Positions 49,934 to 62,992 of a stretch of DNA of 64,000 bases are shown piece after piece. This DNA is from Myxococcota bacterium. Lineage in GTDB: Bacteria; Myxococcota_A; UBA9160; UBA4427. Within the stretch, counting starts at the first letter, position 1, and each line of letters opens with the position of its first letter. The DNA is taken from the NCBI GenBank assembly GCA_965250285.1, contig OZ252299.1, positions 6,016,001 through 6,080,000 on the forward strand, in the 5' to 3' direction. The notes under the pieces were generated by a model. It saw only the letters and a program-made list of their open reading frames with translations, ran no database searches and had not been told where the DNA came from. The translations under genes and the position numbers were made by a program.

Positions 49934-51823
49934 CTACACGTCCTCTTTCGCCACCGCCTGCAGGCGGTCGACGATCTCGCTGACCTTGAAGGGCTGGCCG
50001 GCGATCTTCGAAAATGATTGAACGGGCGCGAGATACTCGGCGCGCAGAATGCGCGCGAGCTGGCCGTCGTTGAGCTCGGGCGCGAGGATGCGTTCGAAGC
50101 GGCCGAGCACGTCGCCGAGGTTGCGCGGCAGCGGGTTCAGGTGTCGCAGGTGAATCTGCGACACGGCCAGCCCGTCGCGTCGGCACTGCTCGACCGCGGC
50201 GGTGATCGCACCGCGCGTGCCGCCCCAGCCCACGACCAGCAGGGGCCCGTGGTCGGGCCCGTCGATCTCGACCGGCGGCAGCTCGTCGGCGACGCCGGCC
50301 ACCTTGTCCCCGCGCAGCTTCATCATGAGGGCGTGGTTGTCGGCGCCGTACACCACGTTGCCCGTGATGTTCTCCTTGGTCAGGCCACCGATGCGGTGCT
50401 CGAGGCCGGGCGTGCCGGGGATCGCCCAGGGGCGGGCGCCCGTGACGGGGTCGCGCTCGTAGGGATGGAAGGGCTCACCCTCGCGCGCCTGGGCGTACTG
50501 AATCTCGGTGCGCTCCAGGCTCGCCACGTCGGGGATGCGCCACGGCTCGGCGCTGTTTGCGATGTAGCCGTCGCTCAGCACGCAGACCGGGGTCATGTAC
50601 TTCACGGCGATCCGGAACGCCTCGAGCATGACCTCGAAGCAGTCGCCCGGGCTCGACGTCGCGAGCACGGGCATCGGCGAGATCGAGTGCCGGCCGTAGA
50701 TCGCGGCCATCAGGTCGCCCTGCTCGACCTTGGTCGGAGAGCCTGTCGAGGGGCCCGCGCGCTGGATGTCGACCACGACCATCGGCAGCTCGGTCATCAC
50801 GGCGAGCGCCAGCGCCTCCTGCTTCAGGATGAAGCCGGGGCCGCTCGAGACGGTGATCCCGAGGTGCCCGGCGAACGCCGCGCCGATGGCCGAGCTCACC
50901 GCGGCCATCTCGTCTTCGGCCTGGAAGGTCTTGACGTTGAAGTTGCGGTGGCGTGCGACCTCGTGGAGCACGTCGCTGGCCGGTGTGATCGGATACGCGC
51001 CGAGGAGCAGAGGTCGATTCATCTGCACCGAGGCGGCGACGATGCCCCAGGCCAGGGCGGTGTTGCCGGTGATGTTGCGATAGGTGCCCGGCTCGATCTT
51101 CGCCGGCGAGATCGCGAACGACACCGGGAACAGCTCGGTGGTCTCGCCGAAGTTGTGACCGGCCTTGAGTGCGCGCAGATTCGCTTCGAGGACGGCGCCC
51201 TTGAACTTGCTGCCGAGGAAGCGCTCGGTGGCCTCCATCGATCGCCCGTAGAGCCAGCACATCACGCCGAGTGCAAAGAAGTTCTTGCATCGATCGATGT
51301 CGCGCTGACCGAGGTCGAGGCCCTTGAGTGCCTCGCGGTTGAGGCTCGTGAAGGGGATCTCGACGACGCGGTAGCGATCGCGCATGTCACCGAGGGGATC
51401 CGTCTCGGTGTAGCCCGCGCGCGCGATGGCCTTGGCAGTGAACGCATCGGAGTTGACAATCACCATGCCGCTCGGTCGCACGTCGTCGACGTTCGCGCGC
51501 AGCGCAGCCGGGTTGAACGCGACGAGCACGTCCGGGCGATCCGCCGGCGTGTAGATCTCTTCGGAGGAGAAGTGGATCTGGAAGCCCGAGACGCCGGCCA
51601 TCGTGCCGGCGGGCGCCCGAATTTCGGCGGGAAAGTCAGGGAACGTCGACAGATCGTTGCCGTGCAGCGCGGTCTCATCGGTGAACTTCATTCCGGTGAG
51701 CTGCATGCCGTCGCCGGAATCACCGGCGAAGCGGATCGCGACGCGATCGAGGTCCTGCACGTTCTTGTCGGGAACGGCAGAAGAGTCGACGGGGGCCGAG
51801 GGCTCGGCCTCACTGGATGACAT
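49934..51823 (-). CDS. korA: 2-oxoacid:ferredoxin oxidoreductase alpha (gamma-alpha fused) subunit
   Basis: FAGDSGDGMQL, FPAEIRAP.G, YPITPAS, QAEDE, QRAGPSTG.PTK.EQ. Confidence 0.93.
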   Translation of the reverse strand: MSSSEAEPSAPVDSSAVPDKNVQDLDRVAIRFAGDSGDGMQLTGMKFTDETALHGNDLSTFPDFPAEIRAPAGTMAGVSGFQIHFSSEEIYTPADRPDVLVAFNPAALRANVDDVRPSGMVIVNSDAFTAKAIARAGYTETDPLGDMRDRYRVVEIPFTSLNREALKGLDLGQRDIDRCKNFFALGVMCWLYGRSMEATERFLGSKFKGAVLEANLRALKAGHNFGETTELFPVSFAISPAKIEPGTYRNITGNTALAWGIVAASVQMNRPLLLGAYPITPASDVLHEVARHRNFNVKTFQAEDEMAAVSSAIGAAFAGHLGITVSSGPGFILKQEALALAVMTELPMVVVDIQRAGPSTGSPTKVEQGDLMAAIYGRHSISPMPVLATSSPGDCFEVMLEAFRIAVKYMTPVCVLSDGYIANSAEPWRIPDVASLERTEIQYAQAREGEPFHPYERDPVTGARPWAIPGTPGLEHRIGGLTKENITGNVVYGADNHALMMKLRGDKVAGVADELPPVEIDGPDHGPLLVVGWGGTRGAITAAVEQCRRDGLAVSQIHLRHLNPLPRNLGDVLGRFERILAPELNDGQLARILRAEYLAPVQSFSKIAGQPFKVSEIVDRLQAVAKEDV

Positions 51824-51981
51824 CGACGCTCTCTCCTGGGCGGGGGCTGGCGTACAAAGCGGATCGTATCCCGCCCCAAAGTGGCGCGAAAGCCCCGCAG
51901 GCGGGCCCTCTCGCCCCAGGCCCGCGGTGCTTTCCACGAGTGACGACGAGGGCTTGCGCGCCGGCCTGCGACCGGATGAGG

Positions 51982-52010
51982 CTCAAGCGCACGGCCGACC
52001 CGTCCGATGT
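51982..52010 (+). promoter_or_regulatory. Putative sigma28-like promoter, probably leaderless
   Basis: CTCAA-N16-TCCGATGT; ATG at 52018 lies 7 nt after the -10 box. Confidence 0.6.
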
Positions 52011-52017
52011 CATGGCC

Positions 52018-53205
52018 ATGTTCTCTGCGACGAAGCAGCCGCCTGCGCTCTCCGAGGCCAGTCTCGTGAGTCTGTGCGCCTCTCTGAACGCGCCCATCGT
52101 CCATGTGGACGAGCTGCCGGCCGGCCCGGCGCGGTGCGCCGTCGTGGTGTTTGCAGAGCCGTACGGCGACCTCGGCGTCACCGTGGCCGTCCGCTCGCTC
52201 GAGGGCGGCGAGGTGCTGGTGCTGCGCTCACGAGAGCCGTTGCCCCCGGATGCAGCGCCGGCGGCCGCGCTCGAGATGGCGATCCACCACGCCGAAGGCC
52301 TCGGGTTCGTATTCGACGACGACATGCTCGCGGGCGGCCAGGTGGGGCAGGCCGAGCGGCTGAGCGCCTTCCAGCACTGGCTCAAGGTCGTGGGCAGCGA
52401 CGAGGTCTACGCGACTCCCGACGTCGCGTCGCCGCCATCCCCCGCGGGGTCCATGAATTCGCCGGAACCGGAACGAATGCCGGAGATGGAAGATCTATTG
52501 TCTGCATCCGCGTCACAACGCGGATCGGACGGTGAAGAGCCGGTCGAGATCGAGCTCGACGAGCTGAGCATCGGCGACCTCGGTCCCGATGACCTCGAGG
52601 CGGTCGAGCTCGACGCCGATGGGGGGGAGCTCCTGCTCGAAGAGATCGCCCCGCTCGACTCGCAAGCGACGATCGAGGTGTCGGCGCTCGACGATCTCGA
52701 CGACGCGGACGATCTCGAGGCGGGGCTGTCCGTGGATCTCGAAGCGGTTGCCCCGGCGGAGGCGCCCGAGAAGCCCGCCGCCGCGGCCATGGCCGAGGCG
52801 ACGGAACCCACCCAGCTGGATCCGGCCCAGAGCGAGCACGGCGGAAAGCAGGCGGGGCGGGCCTTCGCGGCCTCTCCGCTCAGCAAGTTCAGGCGCCCGG
52901 CCGAAGGAGCAGCCAGCGCGGAGCAGGACGAGGCCTCGGGCGAAGCCGCGGCCAGCGTCAAGCAGCGCGAGGCGCGGGCCGAAGCCCCGCCCCGCGTGAA
53001 ACAGAGAGAGGCGCGGGCGCAAGCAGCGGCCAGCGCGAAGCAGGACGAGGCCCTGGCCGCCACGGGCGTGACGCCCGCGGCAGCCGAAGACGTCGATGGG
53101 GCGACCGGGGCAGGCTCGGCGCTCGGCCGAGTCAAGATCGTCCGAATGAAGAAGTCCAGGGACGGCCGCGCCTCGGCGCGGGGCCGCATTCTGGCGAGCT
53201 ACTAG
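52018..53205 (+). CDS. Hypothetical protein upstream of tgl-like gene; folded N-domain, long acidic linker, basic C-terminus
   Basis: N-domain SLNAP..AGPA...GLGFVFD and tail RILASY resemble, from memory, the ORF preceding tgl in myxobacteria. Confidence 0.65.
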   Translation: MFSATKQPPALSEASLVSLCASLNAPIVHVDELPAGPARCAVVVFAEPYGDLGVTVAVRSLEGGEVLVLRSREPLPPDAAPAAALEMAIHHAEGLGFVFDDDMLAGGQVGQAERLSAFQHWLKVVGSDEVYATPDVASPPSPAGSMNSPEPERMPEMEDLLSASASQRGSDGEEPVEIELDELSIGDLGPDDLEAVELDADGGELLLEEIAPLDSQATIEVSALDDLDDADDLEAGLSVDLEAVAPAEAPEKPAAAAMAEATEPTQLDPAQSEHGGKQAGRAFAASPLSKFRRPAEGAASAEQDEASGEAAASVKQREARAEAPPRVKQREARAQAAASAKQDEALAATGVTPAAAEDVDGATGAGSALGRVKIVRMKKSRDGRASARGRILASY

Positions 53206-53252
53206 GCCGGTCCCTCCACCTTCGGGTGAGAGGCCGGATCGGGGGAAACGAG

Positions 53253-54095
53253 ATGTCGACCAAGCTGACGAGCACCACCGCGCATCGCCGGAGCGCACGC
53301 CGGTGGGCCGGCGTCGCGCTGTGCCTCGTCGCCAGCCTGGGCGTGGGCTGTGCGACGACGACCACGACGCTGTCGGACGAGGAGCTCAGCGAGATCGGCC
53401 AGGCGATCGCCGTGCGCGACGTCGGCATCGACCACCTGGCAGGGGGCCGCACCGCGATGGCGATTCGCAAGCTCCAGCAGGCGCTCGCGATGAACCCCGA
53501 CGACCCCGAGACCGTGCTGTGGCTCGGCGAGGCGTATCGCCGCAAGGGGCTGCTCGCGCGGGCCGAGGAGCAGCTGATCGAGGCCATCGATCTGTCTTCG
53601 AGCGATCCGACCGGGCGAACCCATCAGGAGACGATCCTCAACCTCTCGGCGCTCTACATCCAGATGAAGCGCTACGACGACGCCATCGTGCAGAGCGAGA
53701 TCCTGATTCAGGACCCGACCTTCAGCTCGCCCTGGCGCGCGCTCACGAACCGCGGCTGGGCCCAGTTCCAGCTGGGTGACTACGACGACGCGCAGCTGAG
53801 CTACGACGACGCGCTCGACTTCTTCCCCATGTACTGGCCGGCGCGCCTCAACCTCGGGATCCTCGAGCAGAAGCGACGCAACTACGTCGAGGCCGTGCGG
53901 CAGTACGAGATGGCGCTCGAGACGAACCGGCTCGCCGCCGACGCCATCGCCGAGGTGAACTACCGCCTCGCCGAGGTCTACGTCGCGCTCGGAAGACGAA
54001 ACCGCGCCATCGAGCACTTCAGCGTCGCCGTCGAGCAGTCGCCCTATGGCGAGTGGGGCACGCAGTCGAAGTCGTATCTCGAGCTGCTCCGCTAG
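53253..54095 (+). CDS. TPR lipoprotein, Tgl/PilF/PilW-like type IV pilus pilotin
   Basis: Lipobox LGVGC; about six TPRs; 'DPTFSSPWRALTNRGW' matches the pilotin pattern; followed by RodZ-like HTH. Confidence 0.75.
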   Translation: MSTKLTSTTAHRRSARRWAGVALCLVASLGVGCATTTTTLSDEELSEIGQAIAVRDVGIDHLAGGRTAMAIRKLQQALAMNPDDPETVLWLGEAYRRKGLLARAEEQLIEAIDLSSSDPTGRTHQETILNLSALYIQMKRYDDAIVQSEILIQDPTFSSPWRALTNRGWAQFQLGDYDDAQLSYDDALDFFPMYWPARLNLGILEQKRRNYVEAVRQYEMALETNRLAADAIAEVNYRLAEVYVALGRRNRAIEHFSVAVEQSPYGEWGTQSKSYLELLR

Positions 54096-54192
54096 CGAGC
54101 GACCGCGCCGAGCGCACGCGAATCGGTCGACACCGCAAGGGCCGCGCGTCGCCTCCTGCTAACCTGCCGTGCAGGGGAGGGAGGTGCGGCAC

Positions 54193-54906
54193 ATGACGAA
54201 GCGGTCCCAGGCCGACGCCGCCGCCTCTTCGCGCGCCGAGTCCGGTGTGCCCGAGGATGCCGACGCCGGCGCGCTCGAGGCCGAGTCGATCGGCCACTAC
54301 CTCAGCCAGCAGCGCCGCCTGCGCGGCATCTCCGTGGCCCAGCTCGCCGAGCTCACACGGATCCCGGTGCGCTCGATCGAGCGTCTCGAAGCCGGGCACT
54401 TCGATCACGATTCCGATGGGTTCGTGCGCGGCTTCGTCCGCACCGTATCCGAGGCGTTGGGCCTCGATCCCGAGGATGCGCTCGCGCGCATGCTCGCGGA
54501 GCCCCACGGCGAGCCCGACTCGGGGCGGCCCATCTCGCTGCTCGCGGCGCGCAGCCTCGTCGGCCTCGTCGCCGTCGTGGCGCTCGTGCTCGCCATCGGT
54601 CTGGTCCGCAGCGTGCTCGACAGCGACGGCCTGAGTGCGCCTGCGCTCGCCGAGCCCGACACGGTGTGGCGCCACGATCCCGTGCGCGCGCTCGCCGAGG
54701 CCAACGCGGCGCGGTACGGCGGAGCGCCTCCGCCCCCGCCCTCGCGCACGCCCTCGTCGCCGCGTCGTGTCGAGCCTGCGGACGCGCTGACGGCCCCCGC
54801 GCCTGCTGCGGCGCCCACTTCGACGACGCAGCCGGCGCCTACGCCCCCGCCCACGCCCACGCCCACCACCACGTCCACGCCCGCCGAGGTCGGGGCGAGC
54901 GAATGA
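54193..54906 (+). CDS. RodZ-like HTH membrane protein
   Basis: IGHYLSQQRRLRGIS..LAELTRIP..IERLE.G...FVRGFVR...ALGLD; one TM; Pro/Thr-rich tail. Confidence 0.85.
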   Translation: MTKRSQADAAASSRAESGVPEDADAGALEAESIGHYLSQQRRLRGISVAQLAELTRIPVRSIERLEAGHFDHDSDGFVRGFVRTVSEALGLDPEDALARMLAEPHGEPDSGRPISLLAARSLVGLVAVVALVLAIGLVRSVLDSDGLSAPALAEPDTVWRHDPVRALAEANAARYGGAPPPPPSRTPSSPRRVEPADALTAPAPAAAPTSTTQPAPTPPPTPTPTTTSTPAEVGASE

Positions 54907-55691
54907 CCCGCATCGAAGGCGAGGCCCTGGTGCTGCGCGTGGTCGAGCACGGCGAATCCGATCTCATCGTGCGTCTCTTGCACCCGCGCGCCGGTCGGAT
55001 GACCGCGATCGCGAAGGGGGCCCGTCGCAGCCGGCGTCGCTTTCCCGGCACGCTCGACGTCTTCAACCTGCTGCACGTGGTCGTGCGTCGCCGGCGGCGC
55101 ACGGGGATGGGGTTTCTCGAGCAGGCCCGCTTGTGCTCACCGCACCTCGGCCTGCGCCGCGATGCGCGGCGCTACGCGCTCGCCAGCTATCTGCTCGAGC
55201 TGCTCGATCGGATGGCGCCCGAAGATGCCCACGGTGACGACGCCGCCCGCATCTTCGCGTTCGCGCGAGGGGCGATGGGGGTGCTCGCCGGGGACGACGG
55301 CTCGGCCGAGATCGACCTGCGGATGTGGCTGCTGCTCGAGCTGCGCGCGCTCGACGCGCTCGGTCTGCGCCCCGAGCTCGGGCGCTGCGTGCGGTGCGGC
55401 AAGCTGCCGCCCACCTCGGGCTCCGTGCGCCTCGACTTTCATATCGCCGACGGCGGCCTCGTCTGCAGTCGTTGTCGCACCGACCGCGAGGGGCCGACGG
55501 TCCCGGTCCATCTGGGCACGCTCAAGGCGCTCCAGCAAGGCCTCGATTGCGAGCTCGGTCGGCTCGGCCGGTTGGCGCTCGGCGGGCAGGCGCTCGCCGA
55601 GGCTCAGCAGCTGCTGTTCCGCTTTCAGCGCTTTCACGTCGGCATGGAGCTGCGCAGCGAGCGTTTTCTGGCGGACGCGGTCGGGGCCTGA
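54903..55691 (+). CDS. recO: DNA repair protein RecO
   Basis: LRVVEHGESDLIV..L...GR..AIAKGARRSRRRF; CxxC...CxxC zinc finger. Confidence 0.93.
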   Translation: MTRIEGEALVLRVVEHGESDLIVRLLHPRAGRMTAIAKGARRSRRRFPGTLDVFNLLHVVVRRRRRTGMGFLEQARLCSPHLGLRRDARRYALASYLLELLDRMAPEDAHGDDAARIFAFARGAMGVLAGDDGSAEIDLRMWLLLELRALDALGLRPELGRCVRCGKLPPTSGSVRLDFHIADGGLVCSRCRTDREGPTVPVHLGTLKALQQGLDCELGRLGRLALGGQALAEAQQLLFRFQRFHVGMELRSERFLADAVGA

Positions 55692-55809
55692 GCCGCGCCC
55701 GCGCACCGAGCCCCGATCGGCTCGGCGCGGCGCAGTGGGCTCTTTCGGCGCCGTCGCGACGGGTGCGCGAGCCCCGTTTGGATCCGGCCTGGCAACCCCC
55801 CGGGCGTGC

Positions 55810-55838
55810 TTGAAACCCGGTCCGCGGCAGGGGATACT
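55810..55838 (+). promoter_or_regulatory. Putative sigma70 promoter of the glycyl-tRNA ligase gene
   Basis: TTGAAA-N17-GATACT. Confidence 0.4.
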
Positions 55839-55938
55839 CGGCCGCCTCCCGGCTCGAGGCCTGCGGCCAGCCGGAGCATCTTGACGCAGTCCAATGCCAG
55901 GCCCCGCTCCACGGTGTGCCGGCGAGGCGACTCCTCCC

Positions 55939-57308
55939 ATGTCCGAAGCAGAATCGAACTCCTCCGTCGTCGCCGACGACGATGCCCGCCATCCCCTCGC
56001 CATGGAGACGCTGGTCGCGCTCTGCGCCAGCCGCGGCTTCGTGTTCCCGTCGAGCGAGATCTACGGCGGCATCGCCGGTTTCTGGGACTACGGCCCGCTC
56101 GGTGTCGAGCTCAAGAACAACCTGAAGGCGGCCTGGTGGCAGCGCATGGTGCGCGAGCGCGATGACGTCGTCGGGATCGACAGCGCGATCATCTGCCACC
56201 CGCGCACCTGGGAGGCGTCGGGGCACGTCGACAACTTCAGCGATCCGATGGTCGATTGCCGACAGTGCAAGCGACGCTTCCGCGCCGACCAGCTCGAGGG
56301 CGAACGATGCCCCGAGGCACCCAAGAAGCGAGCGCTGGTCGACTGCGACCTCACCGAGGCACGCGAATTCAATCTGATGCTGCACACAGAGATCGGGGCG
56401 TCGGTGGACGCATCGACGACGGCGTATCTGCGTCCCGAGACCTGTCAGCCGATCTTCAACGACTTCAAGCGCGTGCGTGAGTCGTCGCGTCAGAAGCTCC
56501 CCTTCGGCATCGCCCAGATCGGCAAGGCGTTCCGGAACGAGATCACGCCGCGCAACTTCACCTTCCGCTCGCGCGAGTTCGAGCAGGCCGAGATGGAGTT
56601 CTTCTGCCATCCGTCCGAGCACACCGAGTGGTTCGAGCACTGGCGCGAGCAGCGTCACAGGTTCCACCTCGATCTCGGTTTCGATCCCGCGCACGTCCGT
56701 CTGCGCCCGCATGCCGACGACGAGCTCGCCCACTACGCGAAGGCGGCCGAAGACGTCGAGTTCCTTTTCCCGTTCGGCTGGCAGGAGATCGAGGGCGTGC
56801 ATGACCGCGGGCAGTGGGACCTGTCGCGGCACAGCGAATTCAGCGGCAAGGACCAGGCGATCACCGATGAAGAGACGAAGGAGCGCTTCGTGCCCCACGT
56901 CATCGAGACATCGGTGGGGGTCGATCGAACGGCGCTTGCGCTGCTGGTGAACGCGTACCACGAAGAGGAGCTCGACGGGGGCGAGTCGCGCACCGTCATG
57001 CGCTTCCACCCGGCCATCGCCCCGGTCAAGGTGGCGGTCCTGCCCCTCTCGAAGAAGCTCGCCGAGTCGGCTCAGGCGTTGAAGAAGGATCTGCAGCGGC
57101 ACTTCAACACGGCCTACGACCACGCGGGCAACATCGGTCGTCGCTATCGGCGGCAGGACGAGATCGGCACGCCGTACTGCGTCACGGTCGACTTCGACAC
57201 GGCCGACGACGGCAAGGTCACCGTCCGGCATCGCGACTCGATGGATCAAGATCGTGTGCCGCTCGACGGGGTCGTTTCGTTCCTGCGTGATCGCCTGGAG
57301 ACGCCGCT

Positions 57309-57312
<4 letters not shown>
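55939..57312 (+). CDS. glyQS: Glycine-tRNA ligase, alpha2 homodimeric type
   Basis: RGFVFPSSEIYGG, WEASGHV, YLRPET, GKAFRNEITP.NF.FRSREFEQ, IGRRYRRQDEIGTP. Confidence 0.96.
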
Positions 57313-60328
<3,016 letters not shown>

Positions 60329-60332
<4 letters not shown>

Positions 60333-60925
60333 ACCCGTTCGCTCTGCGAAGCATCGCGCCCGACGCAACGAAGCGCCGCCCCCGTGCGGTCGTGCGCCGC
60401 TCGGTCGCCGCCCTGCTGCTCGCGGTGCTCGCCGCGCCGACGGGCGGCTGTGTGCGGCCCTTTCGGGGGGAGTGGGGCGAGGGCGCCGAGGTGATCGGGC
60501 TCGATCGCCGCCAGGCCCAGGGCTTCTGGATGACGAGTGAGGCCGACGCGGTCGAAGAGGCGCGCTTCGAGACGCTGATCCCGCTCGCCAAGGTCTTCTA
60601 CGAGCGAACGACCAATCGACGCGTGAACAGCAAGGCGACCTTCGACGACCCCGCGCTGCGCGAGTACTTCCGCGACCCCGCGGCCTTCGCCGACTACTAC
60701 GCGAACCTCGTCGAGGCGCTCGACACGTCGTACTTCGAGTCGCACAAGCCCGTCTCGGTGAAGCTCGTTCGGGTCGAGCGCATCGCGCCGAAACGCGTGA
60801 TGCTCGAGGTCACGTTTCGGGGTCGCAATCGCAAGCCGCTTCGCCCCTGGTCGACGCACGTCACGCGCGAGGACGAGTGGGAGTTCGCGAATGGCCGCTG
60901 GTGGATCATTCCCGGCAAGGTGTGA
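60329..60925 (+). CDS. Hypothetical exported/lipoprotein
   Basis: GTG overlaps ppdK TGA; basic plus hydrophobic N-terminus ending TGGC; typical codon usage. Confidence 0.65.
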
Positions 60926-61135
60926 TCGGGTCTTTCCCTGAACAGCCTCGAGGTCGACCCCTAGTCAGACCTGGACGGAATCCCGACATGTTGCATGTCG
61001 AGACAGCATTGCGCCCAAAAAGAGAACTCTTTTCCACACACCCTTCGGGGTTGGAACGGTCGTTCCATTTTGGGTGTTGTGTCGAAATCCTTTTTGATTC
61101 GCGGGTCTCGCGGAGTTCTTGCGGCGTCTGTCTGG

Positions 61136-61152
61136 CTGGCACACGAATTGCT
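61136..61152 (+). promoter_or_regulatory. Sigma54 (-24/-12) promoter
   Basis: CTGGCACACGAATTGCT matches TGGCAC-N5-TTGC with exact GG-N10-GC spacing. Confidence 0.85.
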
Positions 61153-61474
61153 CATAGAACCCCACGGAACGGAATGGAACGCTTGGCGTTTCGACTTTTG
61201 ATGAGCCCAACGCAGCGCGAGGAACGAGGAGGAAGAGCGGTTCGGACACGGCGGTTCGTCGTCGGCCCCAGGGAAGGCCGGCGCGAAACCAGGGACACCG
61301 CCGAGTTCAGTCGACCACGCCGTCGGAGGGGTGGAGCGGAGACGACGCCGATGGGGCCGAGTCGCCGTAGGTCGCACAACGAACCGTTTCGATCTCTCGA
61401 TCTTCCGGAGCTCAGCCGGCCGCGGCCGGCGCTTGAAGGCTCCTCGCGCTCGCGCGAACGAGGAAGGCGAGACT

Positions 61475-62056
61475 GTGCGATCACGAGAGAAGCTTTGGCC
61501 CTCCGATAGAGAACTGGTGGACGAGATCCTCGGCGGAAGCCGGGAGCATTTCGATCTGCTCTACGACGCGTACTTTTCGCGCGTCTACCGGTTCGCACTC
61601 AAGCGACTGCGAGATCCCGGCGAGGCCGAGGATGTGGCGCAGGAGGTCTTCATGACGCTCCTGTCGGCTCTTCCGTCCTACCAGGGCCAGTCGTCGCTGT
61701 TGGTGTGGATCTTCGGCATCACCCGCAACAAGGTGAATCGCCGCTTCCGCAAGCCGCGGCCCTATCTCGAGCCCCTCGAGTCGGGCAGCGCCCTCGACGT
61801 CGAATCCCACATCGCGCCGACCGACGAGCACGTCGACGCGCGCCGCATCCTCGACCGATGTGAAGACGTCATCGAGAACGACCTGACTGCACTTCAGCGC
61901 CGCATCTTCCAGATGAAGCACCTGCGCCAGCAGCCGATTCGCTCGATCGCCGAGGCCCTCGGCAAGAGCGAAGACGCGATCAAGGCGAACCTCTACCGGA
62001 TGCGCCGCGCCATTGCGGACGCGACGCCCGGTCTGGAGGCCGTGCTCCGCGGCTGA
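61475..62056 (+). CDS. ECF sigma factor (copy 1)
   Basis: Region 2 EAEDVAQEVF..SSLLVWIFGITRN; region 4 IAEALGKSEDAIKANLYR; GTG with GAGGAAGG SD. Confidence 0.92.
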   Translation: MRSREKLWPSDRELVDEILGGSREHFDLLYDAYFSRVYRFALKRLRDPGEAEDVAQEVFMTLLSALPSYQGQSSLLVWIFGITRNKVNRRFRKPRPYLEPLESGSALDVESHIAPTDEHVDARRILDRCEDVIENDLTALQRRIFQMKHLRQQPIRSIAEALGKSEDAIKANLYRMRRAIADATPGLEAVLRG

Positions 62057-62090
62057 TTCGAGACTGCACCCGAGAGCGATCGAGCGACCG

Positions 62091-62128
62091 AGCACCCGTG
62101 GCCAAAAGGCCACGGGTGCTTTCGTTTT
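62091..62128 (+). terminator. Rho-independent terminator between the two ECF genes
   Basis: Perfect 13-bp stem AGCACCCGTGGCC-AAAA-GGCCACGGGTGCT then TTCGTTTT. Confidence 0.85.
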
Positions 62129-62275
62129 CGGGGGTTTTTCCCTGAATCTGCCCATTTGGGGCGGGAGTTCTGACACATGTGGCGAACTGCAACCACATTC
62201 TCTTTGACGAACGTTTGATCGGTTTGCGGCGAGAACGTCCGTCACCTGGGATGGGGACCACTGGGAGGGGTCCCG

Positions 62276-62992
62276 TTGAGCCGTGTGCTCGTGGAACTCG
62301 ATGATGGAGAAGCGTCGAGTGCGCCTGCGGGTGGCCTGAGCGCCCGTGAGGTCGAATTGGGCCGTGGGAGTGCGCCCAGGTGGGCAGTGGCAGCCCCGGG
62401 TGCCGAGGCGGCCGCGCTCGCCGACCTGAGCGACGACGCACTGATCGAAGCCGTGCGCTCGGGGAGCCGAGAGCACTTCGACGTCATCTATGCGCGCTAC
62501 TTCCCGCGCATCTACTCGTTCGTCTACACGCGCGTCCGATCCCACGCCGACTGCGAGGAGATCGTGCAGGAGACGTTCATTGCCGTTTTCGGCTCGATCG
62601 AGCGGTACAGAGGCACTTCGTCTCTTCTTGCGTGGATCTATGGCATTGCGCGCAACCTGTTGAACAATCACGTCCGCAGCGCGCGGCGGCGCCGCGACCG
62701 GATCGAGCTCGTCGACGACGAGCGACTCGGTCGAGCACCGTCGCCGATGGCGGATTGTCCGGAAGCCGAGCTCGAGCTCGACGAGTACTGCCGAGAGGTG
62801 TTCGCGGCGCTCGGCGAGGTCTCGCCCTGGCAGACGGAAATCTTCGTGATGCGGCACTTCGAGAATCTCTCGATTCCAGAGATCTCGAGGCGCACGCAGC
62901 GGTCTAGCGACTCGGTGCGGTCGAGTCTGTTTCGGGTGAAGCGCATCTTCCTGGAGCAAGCCGGCCTGACGCCTGGGGGGGCACGGTCGTGA
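62276..62992 (+). CDS. ECF sigma factor (copy 2; start uncertain)
   Basis: DCEEIVQETF..SSLLAWIYGIARN; SIPEISRRTQRSSDSVRSSLFR. Confidence 0.9.
   Translation: MSRVLVELDDGEASSAPAGGLSAREVELGRGSAPRWAVAAPGAEAAALADLSDDALIEAVRSGSREHFDVIYARYFPRIYSFVYTRVRSHADCEEIVQETFIAVFGSIERYRGTSSLLAWIYGIARNLLNNHVRSARRRRDRIELVDDERLGRAPSPMADCPEAELELDEYCREVFAALGEVSPWQTEIFVMRHFENLSIPEISRRTQRSSDSVRSSLFRVKRIFLEQAGLTPGGARS

Noticed and set aside
61085..61099. IHF site between enhancer and sigma54 promoter
   Set aside because: Only the AATCAA core (minus strand) matches; the TTR element is missing
60877..61509. Coding ORF in the region upstream of ECF1
   Set aside because: Arg-rich, atypical codon usage, overlaps the sigma54 promoter and ECF1 start; a short leader peptide cannot be excluded
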